64,000 nucleotides of DNA. Source: Octopus sinensis. Its lineage: Eukaryota. Within the stretch, counting starts at the first letter, position 1. Every line of letters starts with the position of its first letter. The notes below the pieces were generated by a model that was not told where the DNA came from, made no database searches, and saw only the letters and a list, made by a program, of their open reading frames with translations. Of this stretch, positions 25,851 through 38,989 are shown piece by piece. The DNA lies in NCBI RefSeq assembly GCF_006345805.1, contig NC_043011.1, positions 24,564,464 to 24,628,463 of the forward strand, read 5' to 3'. Both the position numbers and the translations under genes were made by a program.

Positions 25851-26815
25851 ATTTCTTTCTTTCTGTATGAGCGTATTTCTTCATGTTCATGCATGTGTGT
25901 GCATTTGCTTCCAATACTAAAAGTACTGTCACCAAAGCAGGTTCAGCATCCATTCAGCTCTGCCAAATTGCCAGCACCCAGACTGCCACATTCAATTGTC
26001 TCATTCTATCTATAATGTCCTCAACTATCAGGAGGCATGATATATCTAAGCTAGTATATTGGTGGCTCAAACTTGACCAATTTAACTGAGTACCTATTGG
26101 TTATAAACTTACTTGATCTATGCTAACTAAGGCTACAACTACACAACTACTACCACCACCACAACAACAACAATAGATTTTATGTTGTGAACAATTTATT
26201 CCAGTCATGTCCATTTATTTCCAGGTTATTGACCTAAGTCTGAAAATTATAGGCATGGAGCATAAGTGATATGAAATGGCACAACTGGGAATTGAACTTA
26301 TGCTGCAGACAAGTTCACTAGGAACTTTTACCTCCAATCTACTGTACTGTCACATTAAGTTCATATACATTTGTTATCTTGCTGTATATTGATGAGATTG
26401 GGCATTTATGCATATTTCAATATAATCCAAAGTTTTAAATTATAAATGTGAATGAGTGTGAATATGTGTGTATGTGTGTATGTGTTTGTCTGTGTGTGTG
26501 AGTGCATACACACACATACACAAATGTATATACACACAGACTGAAACGAACATACACACAGACATTAAAAACACACATCGAGCTTTTGATCAGATATGGT
26601 GCATAGCTTATAAATTTATGGAAATATTCATTAATGTACAGGAATTACATACACTTACATATACACAATCACACATATGCATATATCTATACATGTGTAT
26701 ATATATTTCATTATATACTAGCTACACACAAATGTGTACATACATATTAATACTTATGTGTGAGTATGCATATATATATATAAATATATTTATGTGTGTG
26801 TGTGTACATATATAT

Positions 26816-26848
<33 letters not shown>

Positions 26849-26921
26849 GAAGTAGATAAATGAATTATCTTATTACGGATAATTCAAATGATAACCGATA
26901 CCTGGGTAGCAAAAATCACAC

Positions 26922-26975
<54 letters not shown>

Positions 26976-26976
<1 letters not shown>

Positions 26977-27371
26977 TAGCAGTATCGCCCGGCGTTGCTC
27001 GGGTTTGTAAGGGAAATAACTATATAAGCATTTTTAGAGATGTAAAGTATAATAGCCATCTCAATATGGCTAACCACAAAGGGAGTGTGTTACTGTAGCT
27101 TTTTACGTTCTGAGATTTAATAATACATTTTTAGAGAGTTACTTCCCTTATATAATAACAAAAAAACGCATTAAAAATGGGAAAAAATGATGGTAAATTT
27201 TTTTTTAAATCGTAGACTCATCATAGACACGCGCTAATACACAGAAGGGCTCGATATGAATCACGACTATAATATACCCGCTTTTGGTTACACTGCACCA
27301 CAAAATGTGGGAGTAGTTAGAAATCTAAATTGTAGGAGACAGACATACAACTTGACTTTTATATATAAAGA
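26976..27371 (-). mobile_element. Non-autonomous Helitron-like element
   Basis: Minus strand 5' TCtttatatataaaag; 3' cccgagcaacgccgggcgatactgCTAG. 3' ~65 bp nearly identical to 35520-35583. Confidence 0.75.
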
Positions 27372-27373
27372 TA

Positions 27374-27522
27374 TATAGGGAGAGGCAAAGAGTACATACA
27401 CAACCTGTTTTCGGTGTAACAAAAACCCTAATCCTAACCTTAACCCTAATCCTAAACCCTAAACCCTAACCTTAACCCTAACCCTAAACACCAGGTGTAT
27501 CTATTCTTTACTTTCGCCTATA
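27374..27522. mobile_element. Small TIR element with degenerate (TAACCC)n core
   Basis: tatagg..aaagagtacatacacaacctg versus caggtgtatctattcttt..cctata. Telomere-like units at 27424-27488. Confidence 0.6.
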
Positions 27523-28744
27523 TATATATACATATATATATATATATGTATGTATGTATGTATATGTATATGTATATGCATATACATATGTTTGTATGGG
27601 TGTATGAGTCTAATATATAATGCAACACTCACACATGAATATATACATATGTGTATGCGTGTGTGCACTCATGCAGTTGTATGTGTGTTTGTGTGTATGC
27701 CTGTGTGTGCATGTGCGTGTGTATGCATGGTTTGTGTGTGTGTTTGTGTGTCTGTGTGTGTGTGTGTGTGTGCGTGCGTGCGTGCTTGTTGGTTGTAAGT
27801 TGATAATCAAGTCCTGTGTCATTTATGTAATTGATGACAAATAAAACAAATATGAAGAACAGAAATGAGAAATTGGTAGAGAAATTGTGAGAGGGCAAGA
27901 TAGAAGAGGAAGGCATTTGAACAGAAAGAGAGGGTGAAAGATAACTAAATAGACAAGAAGGGAGAGAAATTGAAGCCAGAGAGAGAGAGTGTGAGAGTGT
28001 GTGTGTGGGAGAGAGAGGGGGAGGGGAGAAGGAAAGACAATGAGAGAAGCTGAAGTGGAGCGAGAACATATTCTGATAAGTCTGCAGCCATTATGACTAG
28101 TAGAGTTAGGCTTCCATTTAGTTAAATTTGTAATGTAATAATGTCTGTGTGTGTGTACAAACATATATGTAGTTATGCATGTATGTATGTGTATATGTAT
28201 GTATATATATATATATTTATATATTATATATATATATATACATACATCAGTAGTGACAAATGGAGGAACTCAATACAGGATTAGAGTATGAATTATTCTT
28301 TAAGTTACAGCCAGAATTTTATTTAGATACCCTGGTTTCTTGTTAATAGAGCAGATCTGCCAAGATTTGTCAGTTGTCTGGAGACTTCACAATACAACAA
28401 AAATAGAGCTATTGGCCAGGATGACTGATTGTGAACTGAGCCAATTTGATTAACACAGCTGTGATACCAAATACAGAAAAGAACAGAATCTTGTTAACCC
28501 AGATATGAAGAAAATGAAAGTAAAAACTTATGGCAAAATGGCCCAACAACAAACAACTTTTCAATCAAATTATAAGTGTTTGAAATAGCCCAGCAACAGA
28601 AAACCAAGTTTAAATTTTAAAGCAAAATTGTTTCCAAACAAGGATCAGGAACAACTCACAGATTAGAAATAGATCAATAAAAATGAATCCATCAATCTAT
28701 ATTTTTTTCTCTGCCCGCTATTTCTGGGAGTGTTGTGGATTTAG

Positions 28745-29165
28745 AGTCCTGAGGCATTTCCTCTATAGGGTCCAATGAGAAACAACTGTCATTACACCTT
28801 CCTGCTGGATTCCCAAGCATGACCAACTGAGATTATGGATATTATCCAGCCCTCTTATTCTTTGTCTATCCCCAGGTTTCCTGCCAATTGGCTTTGCTTG
28901 AAGAATCTGTCTTTTGATTCTTTCCTGCAATATTCTACTCACACGTCTGTAGTACCAGATCTGTAGTGTCACAATGTGGAGAAGTAGTGGCTCAACCTGG
29001 AGAGACTCTCTGATTTCTGAGGTTCATAAAAAAAAGCTAAACTCACTATCTTCAATTTGGTTTGTGTACTTAATCTCCCCTATGGTCATGAAGGTTGGGT
29101 AATGAGTGAAAGAGTACATTTGCAAATACAAGTGGCCAAAATGGGGCTCCTTCAAAAGATCTCTA
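28745..29165 (-). mobile_element. RTE-type LINE C-terminal fragment
   Basis: QERIKRQILQAKPIGRKPGDRQRIRGLDNIHNLSWSCLGIQ. Upstream YGHEGWVMSERVHLQIQVAKMGLLQKI belongs on the plus strand, so orientation is mixed or uncertain at 29057-29165. Confidence 0.65.
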
Positions 29166-29179
29166 GAGTAACAAAAAGA

Positions 29180-29460
29180 AATCATCATCATCATCATCAT
29201 CATCATTTAACGTCCGCTTTCCATGCTGGCATGAGTTAGACGGTTTGACATGGGCTGGTTAGCAAAGAGCCGTCCAGACTTCAACTATCTGTTGTGGCAT
29301 GGTTTCAACAGCTGGACGCCCTTCCTAACACCAACCACTTAATAGAGTATGCTGGGTGTTTTTTACATGCCAATGGGACAGGTGCTTCTACATAGTATCA
29401 GCACAGGAGCATTAATGCAGCACCAACATGGGTGCTTTTTAGGTAGTGCTGGCACCTGAA
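29180..29460 (-). mobile_element. RTE LINE 3' end
   Basis: (CAT)n + ttaacgtccgctttccatgctggcatg..cagctggacgcccttcctaacaccaaccac. Confidence 0.85.
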
Positions 29461-29684
29461 AGGAAAAGTCTCTATGCCTGGAAGACAGTGCTTCTAAATA
29501 AAAACATCAATCTATTCCTAACTATGAGAAATAATCAAAGAAATCATTTTGAAATTCATCTGTGGAATGTGGAATCTGAAAGTACATTTAATAATTTCAA
29601 ACAGCAAAATCACGCTGCAAACTACTCTAACAAAGTGAAATATATTAACAACTCAAAGTAATGTAATTATTGGCTTCAAATGCT

Positions 29685-29885
29685 GGCATAAGGCTAGAAA
29701 TTTTGAGGGAGGGGCTAAATTAATTACATCAACCCTAGTACTCATCTGGTGCTTATTTCATCAAGCCTGAAAGATGAAAGGCAATGCTGGCCTCAGCAGA
29801 ATTTGAACTCAGAACATAATGACAGATAAAATACTGCTAAGCATTTTGCCCAGCATGCTAATGAGTCTGCTAGCTCACAGCCTTC
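29685..29885 (-). mobile_element. SINE type D
   Basis: Homologous to 41205-41406. Other copies at about 250-375, 33826-33962 and 62440-62590. Confidence 0.75.
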
Positions 29886-30149
29886 AAAGTAATGTAATTA
29901 TGTTAATCATTTTTTGATTAACAAATATATCCAGCGAAATGGATATATTTTGGTAGAAACCAAACAAGCAGGTAATAAATTTATCAAGGTAAACATTTAC
30001 AATTTATCAAATCAATATACAAGCAAACAAACTGAGGTCTGCCCCCAAATTCTCTGAGCTCTACTAATAATTAAATTAAAGATGATATTTCAGAATTTTA
30101 TTGAAATAACAGTTTAAAGAAGAATTATTTGATAAGAATAACAATGATG

Positions 30150-31640
30150 AGTCTCTTATCAGAAACATTAAGAACAACTTTTCATCAGAAGGAAGGGGTA
30201 AAACATGTGATGATTTTTGTGACCAAACATATAATGTTCTACATAATGTCACACATTAACAAAGAATTAAGTCAAACTTCAGTGCTACTGAATTAGCAAA
30301 ACATAATTGGATTAATTAAATAAAAACAAATTAGCAATTAAATAAGCTGATAAACAAATACTGTTTATATTGATGGAGGCAATATAAAAATTTTGTTTTG
30401 GCTATGCTGAAAAAAAAAGAAAGTTACGACTACAACTAACAGAAAGTAATAAAAACACACTTGTACCAAAATGAATTAACTGATAGAGTATTTGATTATA
30501 TAACTAATTTTAAATGCAAATCTAGTCTTTTTTGTGGCTTACCAAAAATTCACAAAAGCAAGATAACAAGTGAAGCATGCAAAGAATCTGCAAGTATTTG
30601 TATTAACGTTTTATCACCAAATAATTTAAAATGAAGACCAATAATAGCTGATACAACGTGAGAAATTCATTGTCTAAGTAATTCTCTGGCATCTTACAGA
30701 AAACATTTCTTTAACACATTAAAAATCTTATAAGAGATGACCTAGATACGTTGAATCTCTTTTCGGAAATGATCAATGAAAAAACTTATTGTATCTTTTG
30801 ATGTGGTGAATTTATATACAAACAACTCTCATGATTATAGAATAGAAGCAATAAAATTGTGGTTGGAGAATTTTACAGATGAATTATCAGAACATATAGA
30901 AAGAATTAATAATTGAATGATTAAAATTTATTCTCAAAGATACCTCTTTTTATGTTTGATGTTAACTATTACCAAAACGATCAGGAACCATAATGGAACC
31001 AGAGTAGACACAACCTACCCAAATTTAGTTATGGGATACATGGAAAACTGCAATGTATCAAGAATTGCTACAACAAACAGGAAATTCTGAAAATATGTGA
31101 ATAAGAACTGGTAAATATTTTTAGATGAGCAGTTTAGTCTATGAAATGAAAGAATAAATAAATAAAATGAATTTAAAATATTACTTAATGGAATATATAA
31201 TAATATTCATTTCACAATGGAATACATACAGTCAAAGGAAGCTACCATTTTTAGATATTTTAATAATGGCAGTCAACAATCAAACTGAGAAAGGCATATT
31301 TTACAAACCTGTAAATTCAAATCAATATTTACTCCTTACATTGTCACTTGAAACACACTTGGATAAATATTCTATTAAATTTAGCTAAAAAGATAAGCAC
31401 AATTGTATCCTGTGTAACTATTCATGATATACAACTTGAACATCTTAAAAATACACACATTGATAGACATCATCCAATGCCCTTAATAAAAGACGGGATA
31501 TGAGTCAAGACAATTATGTTCAGATTCTAAGGTAAAATAATGTAATTGAATTGAAAGTGTTATTCAATGTCTCCAATCACAATCCTAGACACAACAAAGT
31601 AAATAACACTAATCTTCAAAACATATTGATGCTGAAAATT
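30150..31640 (+). mobile_element. Decayed Penelope-like element, reverse transcriptase region
   Basis: Frameshifted motifs FCGLPKIHK, RPIIA, SFDVVNLYTN, TYPNLVMGYME, KLPFLDILI, IFYKPVNSNQYL. Confidence 0.8.
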
Positions 31641-31677
31641 GCAGGGAGAATATGTTTGGTTTTACAAATGCATAGTA

Positions 31678-33177
31678 TACTGTAAAAATGCATGTAATTT
31701 CCTCACCTGTGTAATTTACGCAGGTGATTTTCAGGATAAAAATTGTTAAAAAAAGTATCTACTCATGTAAAATTCACGCTCAAAAGTTTGCTGATATGAC
31801 CAAAGGTTTTCAATTTAGTTATATTTAGCATAATTTCACTTACTTATGATTAAATTTTATTAAATTTTCATTAAAAATAAATGATTTCTGTTTAACAGGT
31901 ATTACATTAAAAGCTATTAAATTCCAAAGTATTTTGTTGTTTATAATAAACTTTATTTTACATTTCTTGCTCACAAGAGATTATGTCCAATCTTTAGCAT
32001 ACTTCTGTATGTCTTCTCAAATCATGATCACAGGAAAAGTTGTTAATAATTCTTATCAGCAAAAACAAAGCTGATAAATAAGCACAAGTTTTGTAAAATA
32101 AGTTTAATTACCAATGAACATCATCTTGCATGACACATACTCAACTGACAGAGGAAGGTGACTGATCAAACTGATTATGTAAAAAGAATTCTGATCGGTT
32201 GAAAATGTCTTCTTGTCTCAAGCTCTGATTTTCTGCCTATTCTTGTTGGAACCTTTGATACAGAGTATCAAAATTTTAATCCCTTTCACACTTATAAAAT
32301 GTCAAGCAAACCATTTTAGCCGGGAGACCAAACTGATAGTTTGGTAATCCACTAAAATAAACATTAAAAATCGAAAGAAGAAAATAAACAGCTTTGCAAG
32401 TTTAACTCAGTGTTTATTGAACAAGAGCGGTGTGAAATTTAAGAAGCGACTTGCTAGAATATACACATCTGAGAGGATACATAAACAGGAATAGCAAAAA
32501 TCTACTACACCAAAAGAACTGGTAATACATACATTATAAGATTGCTGCATAATTCAACATGAATGTGAAATGACATTAAACATCATATAAGGTAAATGAA
32601 AGTTACTGTAGGAACGCTAAGTCATATTCACTTAGTGAGTTTACATGTGCAAGGATGAATTTTGATGTTGTCATTGATGTTAGATGCAGTAAGAGCTGGT
32701 TGTAGCAATGTCAGCAGTGATGAATTTCATTGTCCTAAAACGGAGAAAGTAAGTAATAGCTTCCTGGAGGCAAACACCAGGTAGACTTCTTAAACGAGAA
32801 AAACTGATCTATTTAAGGAAATTGCTGGGCTCTATTGTGATAGGTAGAAACTCCAAGCAATGTAAAATATAGCTAGGGCCGTGATTACCAGGATGAATGT
32901 CAAACTTCAAAAAGTAGTTAACCATTTAATGGTTTTAGTAAATTTATACAGTAAAAGTAAGCAGTCAGCTTCATTATATTTTTTCTGTAAAACCTTATTC
33001 TGACGTTAAATGAACCAACTTCTGGTATGAATGTTTACATTTGTACATCATTTTTCGACAAAAAAAATTTCTAACAAAATTCTGGAAACGATCTACTCAT
33101 GTAATTTATGCACCTCCTAAAGTTTATTTTTGTTTTTGCGAAAATAAAAGGGCATAAATTACATGAGTTTAAGGGTA
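31678..33177. mobile_element. Possible pogo-like TIR element, ~1.5 kb
   Basis: Ends tactgtaaaaatgcatgtaattt / aaattacatgagtttaagggta. Subterminal repeat atctactcatgtaa at ~31758 and ~33091. No transposase recognised inside. Confidence 0.45.
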
Positions 33178-33644
33178 ACTAAAAAATAAAAGACAAACAA
33201 AATTAGTAAAAAGATTAATAACAAATGCCTAATTTTATCCTGCAACAGAGTCAACAGTTAAAAAGTGAGGGATATCTACTATGAAGTATATTTCAACTTG
33301 TCTGAAGGATCAAAATTCCATTTTAAGCAAGGATAATGTTACAATGTTGAGCATAGTTTCCTCTGTGTGTTTTGAAACATAATTTCCATAATAGCATATT
33401 CAAGATGTAGAGAGAATTACATAGGACACAATGGAGTAATTTTAAGAAAACAAATGACAGAATACAGAAAGTGTAAATTTGACTTCTGAGCTACTGACAA
33501 TTATCTCTAATCAAACATACTGATATATGTAATCATTAAACCAATTATTAAGTTCCTCTATATACCACTGTACTGATAGAACAATAGTGAATCAATGAAA
33601 AGATTGCATTCATTGGAAAATACTGAGTAGGAAATTGAATTAAT

Positions 33645-33656
33645 TAATCATTATTA

Positions 33657-33720
<64 letters not shown>

Positions 33721-33815
33721 CATCATCATCATCATCATTATTATTATCATTATTATTATTATTATTATTACTACTACTACTGCTACTACTACTACTACTA
33801 CTACTACAATTATTA
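33645..33815. repeat. (ATT)n/(ATC)n/(ACT)n microsatellite
   Basis: Direct reading. Confidence 0.95.
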
Positions 33816-33975
33816 TTAAATTAAGGCAGTGAGCTAGCAGAATTATCAGCACACCAGGCAAAATTCTTAGTGACATTTATGTTATATATTCAAATGCCAC
33901 CAATTGAGCACTGGGGTCAATGTAATCAATTTACCCCCTCCACCAAAATTTCAGGCCTTGTGTGTGTGTGTGTGT

Positions 33976-34190
33976 GAAGTACATGGCCAATTGCTAGATT
34001 GTGGGTTTGATTCCCAGACCAGGCAGCACATTGTGTTCTTGAGCAAAACACTTCATTTCCCATTGTTCGAATCCCCCTTTTGATCAGTGGGGAATGTAGG
34101 CCTTCTCACCTAGCCAAGAGGGTGATATCATTTGAAGATGCAAAGCACATTGTAACCAGCAATGTGTAACATCTGATAGTCTGACCATGT
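33976..34190 (+). mobile_element. SINE type A core with a further tail type (W)
   Basis: ttgtgttcttgagcaaaacacttcatttc core followed by a tail unlike X or Z. Confidence 0.65.
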
Positions 34191-34214
34191 GATATATATA
34201 TATATATATGACAC

Positions 34215-34750
34215 ATGAAAAGCACCATTCGAGCGTGATTATTACCGGCACATGTGCCAGTGGCACGCGGTCGTTGCCAGTACCACCAGACTGGCTCCCG
34301 TGCAGGTAGCACATAAAAGAACCATTCAAGCATGGTTGTTGCCAGAACCGCCTGACTGGCCCTCATGCCAGTGGCATGTAAAAAGCACCCACTACATTCT
34401 CGGAGTGGTTTTGCATTAGGAAGGGCATCCAGCTGTAGAAACTTTGCCAGATCAGATTGAACCTGGTGCAGCCTCTGGCTCACCAGTCCTCTGTCAAACC
34501 GTCCAATCTATGCCACCAGCATGGAAAGCAGGCATTAAATGATGATGATGATGATGATGTATATGCAGGTGGCACGTAAAAAGCACCCACTACACTCACG
34601 GAGTGGTTGGCGTTAAGAAGGGCATCCAGCTGTAGAAACATTGCCAGATAAGACTGGAGCCTGGTGCAGCCTTCTGGCTTCCCAGATCCCCGGTTGAACC
34701 GTCCAACCCATGCTAGCATGGAGAACGGACGTTAAACGATGATGATGATA
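34215..34750 (+). mobile_element. Two tandem RTE LINE 3' ends
   Basis: Two consecutive copies, each ending in (GAT)n at ~34555 and ~34750. Confidence 0.85.
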
Positions 34751-34760
34751 TATATATATA

Positions 34761-35100
34761 TATACTTTTTATTAAAGCTGAAAAATTATCACAGAACTGT
34801 TACTCAGAGTTTCCCCGTGTAGGACAGTTGTGATGAAAGCTGAATTAAGATTGTTCCTCTATCATATTTCAGCCTTTCAACACCTGACATACAGCCACCC
34901 ACCGCCACCTTCTCCTCCCAAATACTTCCTCTTAGTAGTGGAAGCATTTTCCTTTTCCTTTTTTCTCTGTTCTTTTCTGTCTTGCATTCTTAAGACTGAA
35001 CAATCTTAATTCAGCTTTTATCACAACTGTCCTTTGAACAGAAATGGGAAACTCTGAGTAACAGTTCTGTGATAATTTTGCAGCTTTAATAAAAAGTATA
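34761..35100. mobile_element. Fold-back element with ~95-100-bp TIRs and hammerhead remnants
   Basis: TIRs 34761-34856 / 34998-35100. Both arms keep GAAAC-TCTGA-GTA-ACAG. Confidence 0.85.
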
Positions 35101-35187
35101 TTACTCTACCTTTGGTATTTGAGTACTATTTTTTTCCGCATTGTTTTTCATTTGTGTGCTCACCTCTATGTGTGTGTGTGTATGTGG

Positions 35188-35209
<22 letters not shown>

Positions 35210-35229
<20 letters not shown>

Positions 35230-35582
35230 GGCAGTTTGTCTGTGTGTGTTTCTGTGTGTCTGTTAGGTTGTACCCTCACCCTGACCACGGCTTTCAACCG
35301 ATTCTGATGAAACTTGACACACACATAGCCCAATGTCATAATTCAAAACTAACGCAGCGAAAATTTTGAAAAGTTCCCCCAGTTCTGAAAAAAATCGATA
35401 AATTCGACATGGGGTCGAGAATCAGAAACACAAACCACAAACTGTCTAGGGGACACAACTCGACCTTTTTAACTAAAAAAAAATTTACCATCATTTTGTT
35501 TCCATTTTTTGGCTATAACTCTCTAAAAATGCTTTATAGTTATTTCCCTTACAAACCCGAGCAACGCCGGGCGATACTGCTA

Positions 35583-35583
<1 letters not shown>
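35210..35583 (+). mobile_element. Non-autonomous Helitron-like element
   Basis: 5' atatataaacggca in (TA)n; 3' cccgagcaacgccgggcgatactgCTAG-T. Confidence 0.75.
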
Positions 35584-35616
<33 letters not shown>

Positions 35617-36094
35617 CAATTATTAATAATAGGGAATTTATTTCTGAGTCCACAGGGGAGAGAAATTCAATTTAGTGGTTCATGGAGGTAGAATTTTATG
35701 TAGTGTGTGATGAACAAATGGGGTGAGTGTTTAGGTAGATAGGTAGGCAGATAGACTTTATTTAAAACTTCATTACTGTAATGTTTGCTTTCATTTTGTG
35801 ATAAACAGCTATCACAGAAAATGCTAGCTTCCAAATCCTGTTTTCTCATTCAGAAAAAATTATCAAATTTTAAATATTGGAGACATTTTTCTAAAATATT
35901 TCTGGAATAAATGAATCACAAAATCGGATTCAGTGTGAAAATTTACATCAATACACCAAATTTGAAAATTTTCACTTAATTTTAAAATTTCAAAATCTGT
36001 GACTGCAACAGGAAAGATCTTCTCCCTCTCTCTATCTCTCTGAGTATAGGATCCATCAATTAGATTATAAGTGCACAAGAGCTTCCATTGCACA

Positions 36095-36595
36095 GACTCA
36101 GGAGACAAAGGTATCAAACAATGAATTCAGATGTCTACTGTCAACAAGTAATGAAAATGGAGGAAGCAATCAAAGAAAAATGGTCAGAATTGGCAAATCA
36201 TGAAAGAATCATGTTCCACCATGACAACACTAGACCACACATATCTTTGCTAAGTCATGAAAACTTAATGGAGCTTCATTGGGAAGTGATGTCACATCCA
36301 CCACATAGCCCTGAACTTGCACCATCAGATTACCATTTATTTCGAAGTTTGCAAAATTCTTTGAAGGGTAAAACTTTCAATAATGATGATGACCTGAAAT
36401 CGCACTTGCTTCAGCTTTTGGCTGATAAGGACCAGAAGTTCTATGAGCACAGAATCATTAACTTGCCAGAAAGATGGCAAAAGGTCATCGAACAAAATGG
36501 GAAATATAAAATTGGTCAAAGTTCATTCTTTGTATAAAGAAAATTGACTTATATTTCAGAGTAAAAAACCAAAGTTAATTTCATGTCAACTCAAC
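36095..36595 (+). mobile_element. Mariner 3' half
   Basis: FHHDNTRPH..HPPHSPELAPSDYHLFRSLQNSL..LPERWQKVIEQNG. Confidence 0.92.
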
Positions 36596-36814
36596 ACATA
36601 CATACATATAAATGTGTGTGTGTGTGTTTGTGTCTGTGTCTGTGTGTCTGTGTCTGTGTGTCTGTGTGTAAGCTGTCTAATAGTTCATAAGTCAGGAAAA
36701 AATGCACTTGTATATCAGTCAGTAGAGCGGGTTTATTAATCGAAGTGTACAGTATCATATATCCATTATGGACAATTTTACCAATCAGTTTTGCACTACA
36801 TATTCAATAAAGTG

Positions 36815-37133
36815 AAGGTGCAAGGTTCAGTGGTTAGAGCGTCGAGCTTATGATCGTGAGGTTGTGAGTTCAAATCCCGGACCGGGCTGCGTGTTGTGTT
36901 CTTGAGCAAGACACTTTATTTCACGTTGCTCCAGTTTACTCAGCTGTAGAAATGAGGTGCCAAGCTGTATCAGCCTTTGCTTTTCCCTTGAATAACACTG
37001 GTGGCATGGAGAGGGGAGGCTTGAATGCATGGGCGACTGCTGGTCTTCCATAAACAACCTTGCCCAGAGTTGTGCCTGGGAGGGTAACTTTCTAGGTGCA
37101 ATCCCATGGTCAGTCATGACCGAAGGGGGTCTC
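36815..37133 (+). mobile_element. tRNA-derived SINE, type A + tail Z
   Basis: Near-identical to 1296-1655. TSD attcaa(t/c)aaagtg at 36802-36814 and 37134-37146. Confidence 0.9.
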
Positions 37134-37328
37134 ATTCAACAAAGTGTTAGGTCACAGTCCACTTATGTAACCCTGTGCTCTTCAGAGATAGCCATTATGG
37201 AATGAAATATAGTGATTGCTCCCCATTGTTGGATGGAAAGATAATACTGTACACTACAATTAATACACACACACACACACACGCACACACATACATACAT
37301 ACATACGTACATACATACACACACACAC

Positions 37329-37362
<34 letters not shown>

Positions 37363-37738
37363 GCATGTATATATCTATATATATTTAAAAGATTTTCATC
37401 TAATGACATATTGTAATAGGTATGTAGTATAGGGGCTTGGTTTGGCTTACCACTAAAACTCTGGCTTGAACTGCACCTGGAAAAAAGTTTGTGCTGAGGC
37501 TGCCTATCAAAGAGGGCTAGAAATGGTTCATTGTAGAGCAGGTAGATATATATTAGATAGGTATATATTATATAATAGAGAATAAACAAGCAAAACATGT
37601 GGTATCACTTTAGGGTGTTTAATTTATAACTTAAAGATAGTGCGGAGTAGCTATAGGAAATACTTTGGACGCTCCTTAATTTGTTTAGGAACTGGTAACT
37701 ACTAATATTGTTGATTAAGGATTTTATTTATTTATTCC

Positions 37739-37834
37739 TCTCTCCGATGATGGAATAGTTAGCTTTCATTGGAAATCTTTACTCAGTGACATATGCTCCA
37801 CATGCTTAACTGTTCTAGAAACAGCTGTAAGAGA
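37739..37834 (+). ncRNA. Type-I hammerhead ribozyme motif with long stem II (U4C variant)
   Basis: TCTCT-CCGATGA-[TGGAATAGTTA..TAACTGTTCTA]-GAAAC-AGCT-GTA-AGAGA. Confidence 0.7.
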
Positions 37835-37954
37835 CTTTTACGTATTTACTATAAATACTCTGCACTATGCTTAAATTGTAAATTTAATGGTCTAAAATGA
37901 TGCTACATGTTTTGCCTGTTTAGTCTTTGTGTGTGCACATGTGCGTGTGTGCAC

Positions 37955-37998
<44 letters not shown>

Positions 37999-38001
<3 letters not shown>

Positions 38002-38770
38002 AAGGTCTCACCAAGGAAATGACTGGAGACCGAGACCTATGGAAGTATGCTGTGCCTGAGAAGACCCGGCAAGACTAGTGAGACCATAACCCGTGGCCTC
38101 TACCTGGTATGTAGCCAGTCGACTTAAACATACCTTTCCTTCTTGGGACACAAAACTCCACTTGTGAAGACCCCTTGAGGCAAGTGAAAATCAAAATCAA
38201 ATCAGATATCAGAAAGCAGAACCAAAATCGAAGTCGATCAACATCAATGGAAATTGCGGCTATGATACCAGTGCCGGTGACAAGTAAGCGAACCATCCGA
38301 TTGTGGCCGTTGCCTGGCCCCCGTGCTGGTGGCACATAAAAAGTACCATCCATTCGTGGCCGTTGCCAGCGCTGCCCCGACTGGCCTCCGTGCCGGTGGC
38401 ACGTAAAAGCACCATCCGTTCGTGGCCGTTGCCAGCGCCGCCCCGACTGGCCTCCATGCCGGTGGCACATAAAAGCACCATCCGTTTGTGCCCGTTGCCA
38501 GCCTTGCCTGGCCCCCGTGCCGGTGGCACATTAAAGCACCATCCATTCGTGGCCGTTTGCCAGCTCTGTCTGGCACCTGTGCGGGTGGCACGTAAAAAGC
38601 ACCCACTACACTCGCGGAGTGGTTGGCGTTAGGAAGGGCATCCAGCCGTAGAAACACTGCCAGATCAGACTGGGCCTGATGCAGCCTTCTGGCTTCACAG
38701 ACCCCAGTTGAACCGTCCAACCCATGCTAGCATGGAAAACGGACGCTAAATGATGATGATGATGATGATA
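37999..38770 (+). mobile_element. RTE LINE ORF end plus complete 3' UTR with minisatellite
   Basis: GLTKEMTGDRDLWKYAVPEKTRQD*, then UTR, about five 51-67-bp units, the conserved tail and (GAT)n. Confidence 0.9.
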
Positions 38771-38856
38771 CCATTCAAATTTACTGTAAACAAAAGCTGA
38801 AGACACATGAGGGAACAAGCAGGTGTATTAGTTTGATGCTCGAGAAGAATGGGAGT

Positions 38857-38893
38857 CTTTGAACATTTTGAGCCTATGCTCTTCAACAGAAAG
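38857..38893 (-). ncRNA. Degenerate minimal hammerhead motif
   Basis: CTTT-CTGTTGA-A-GAGC(atag)GCTC-AAAAT-GTTC-AAAG. Surrounding sequence is homologous to 44800-44930. Confidence 0.5.
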
Positions 38894-38989
38894 AGATGAA
38901 ATGGAAAAAAAATGGAGAGAAAACAAGAAAACAAAGAGAGAAAAACATGTAGGAATTAACAGATATATGCAAATATTTATACATATAAT

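Noticed and set aside
27424-27488. True telomere or chromosome-fusion scar
   Set aside because: Short, degenerate, single orientation and enclosed by inverted ends.
37140-37190. Minus-strand CTGAAGA-G-CACAG..CTGTG
   Set aside because: No GAAA follows the stem; too incomplete to call. The same applies to similar traces near 21340, 42690 and 53000.
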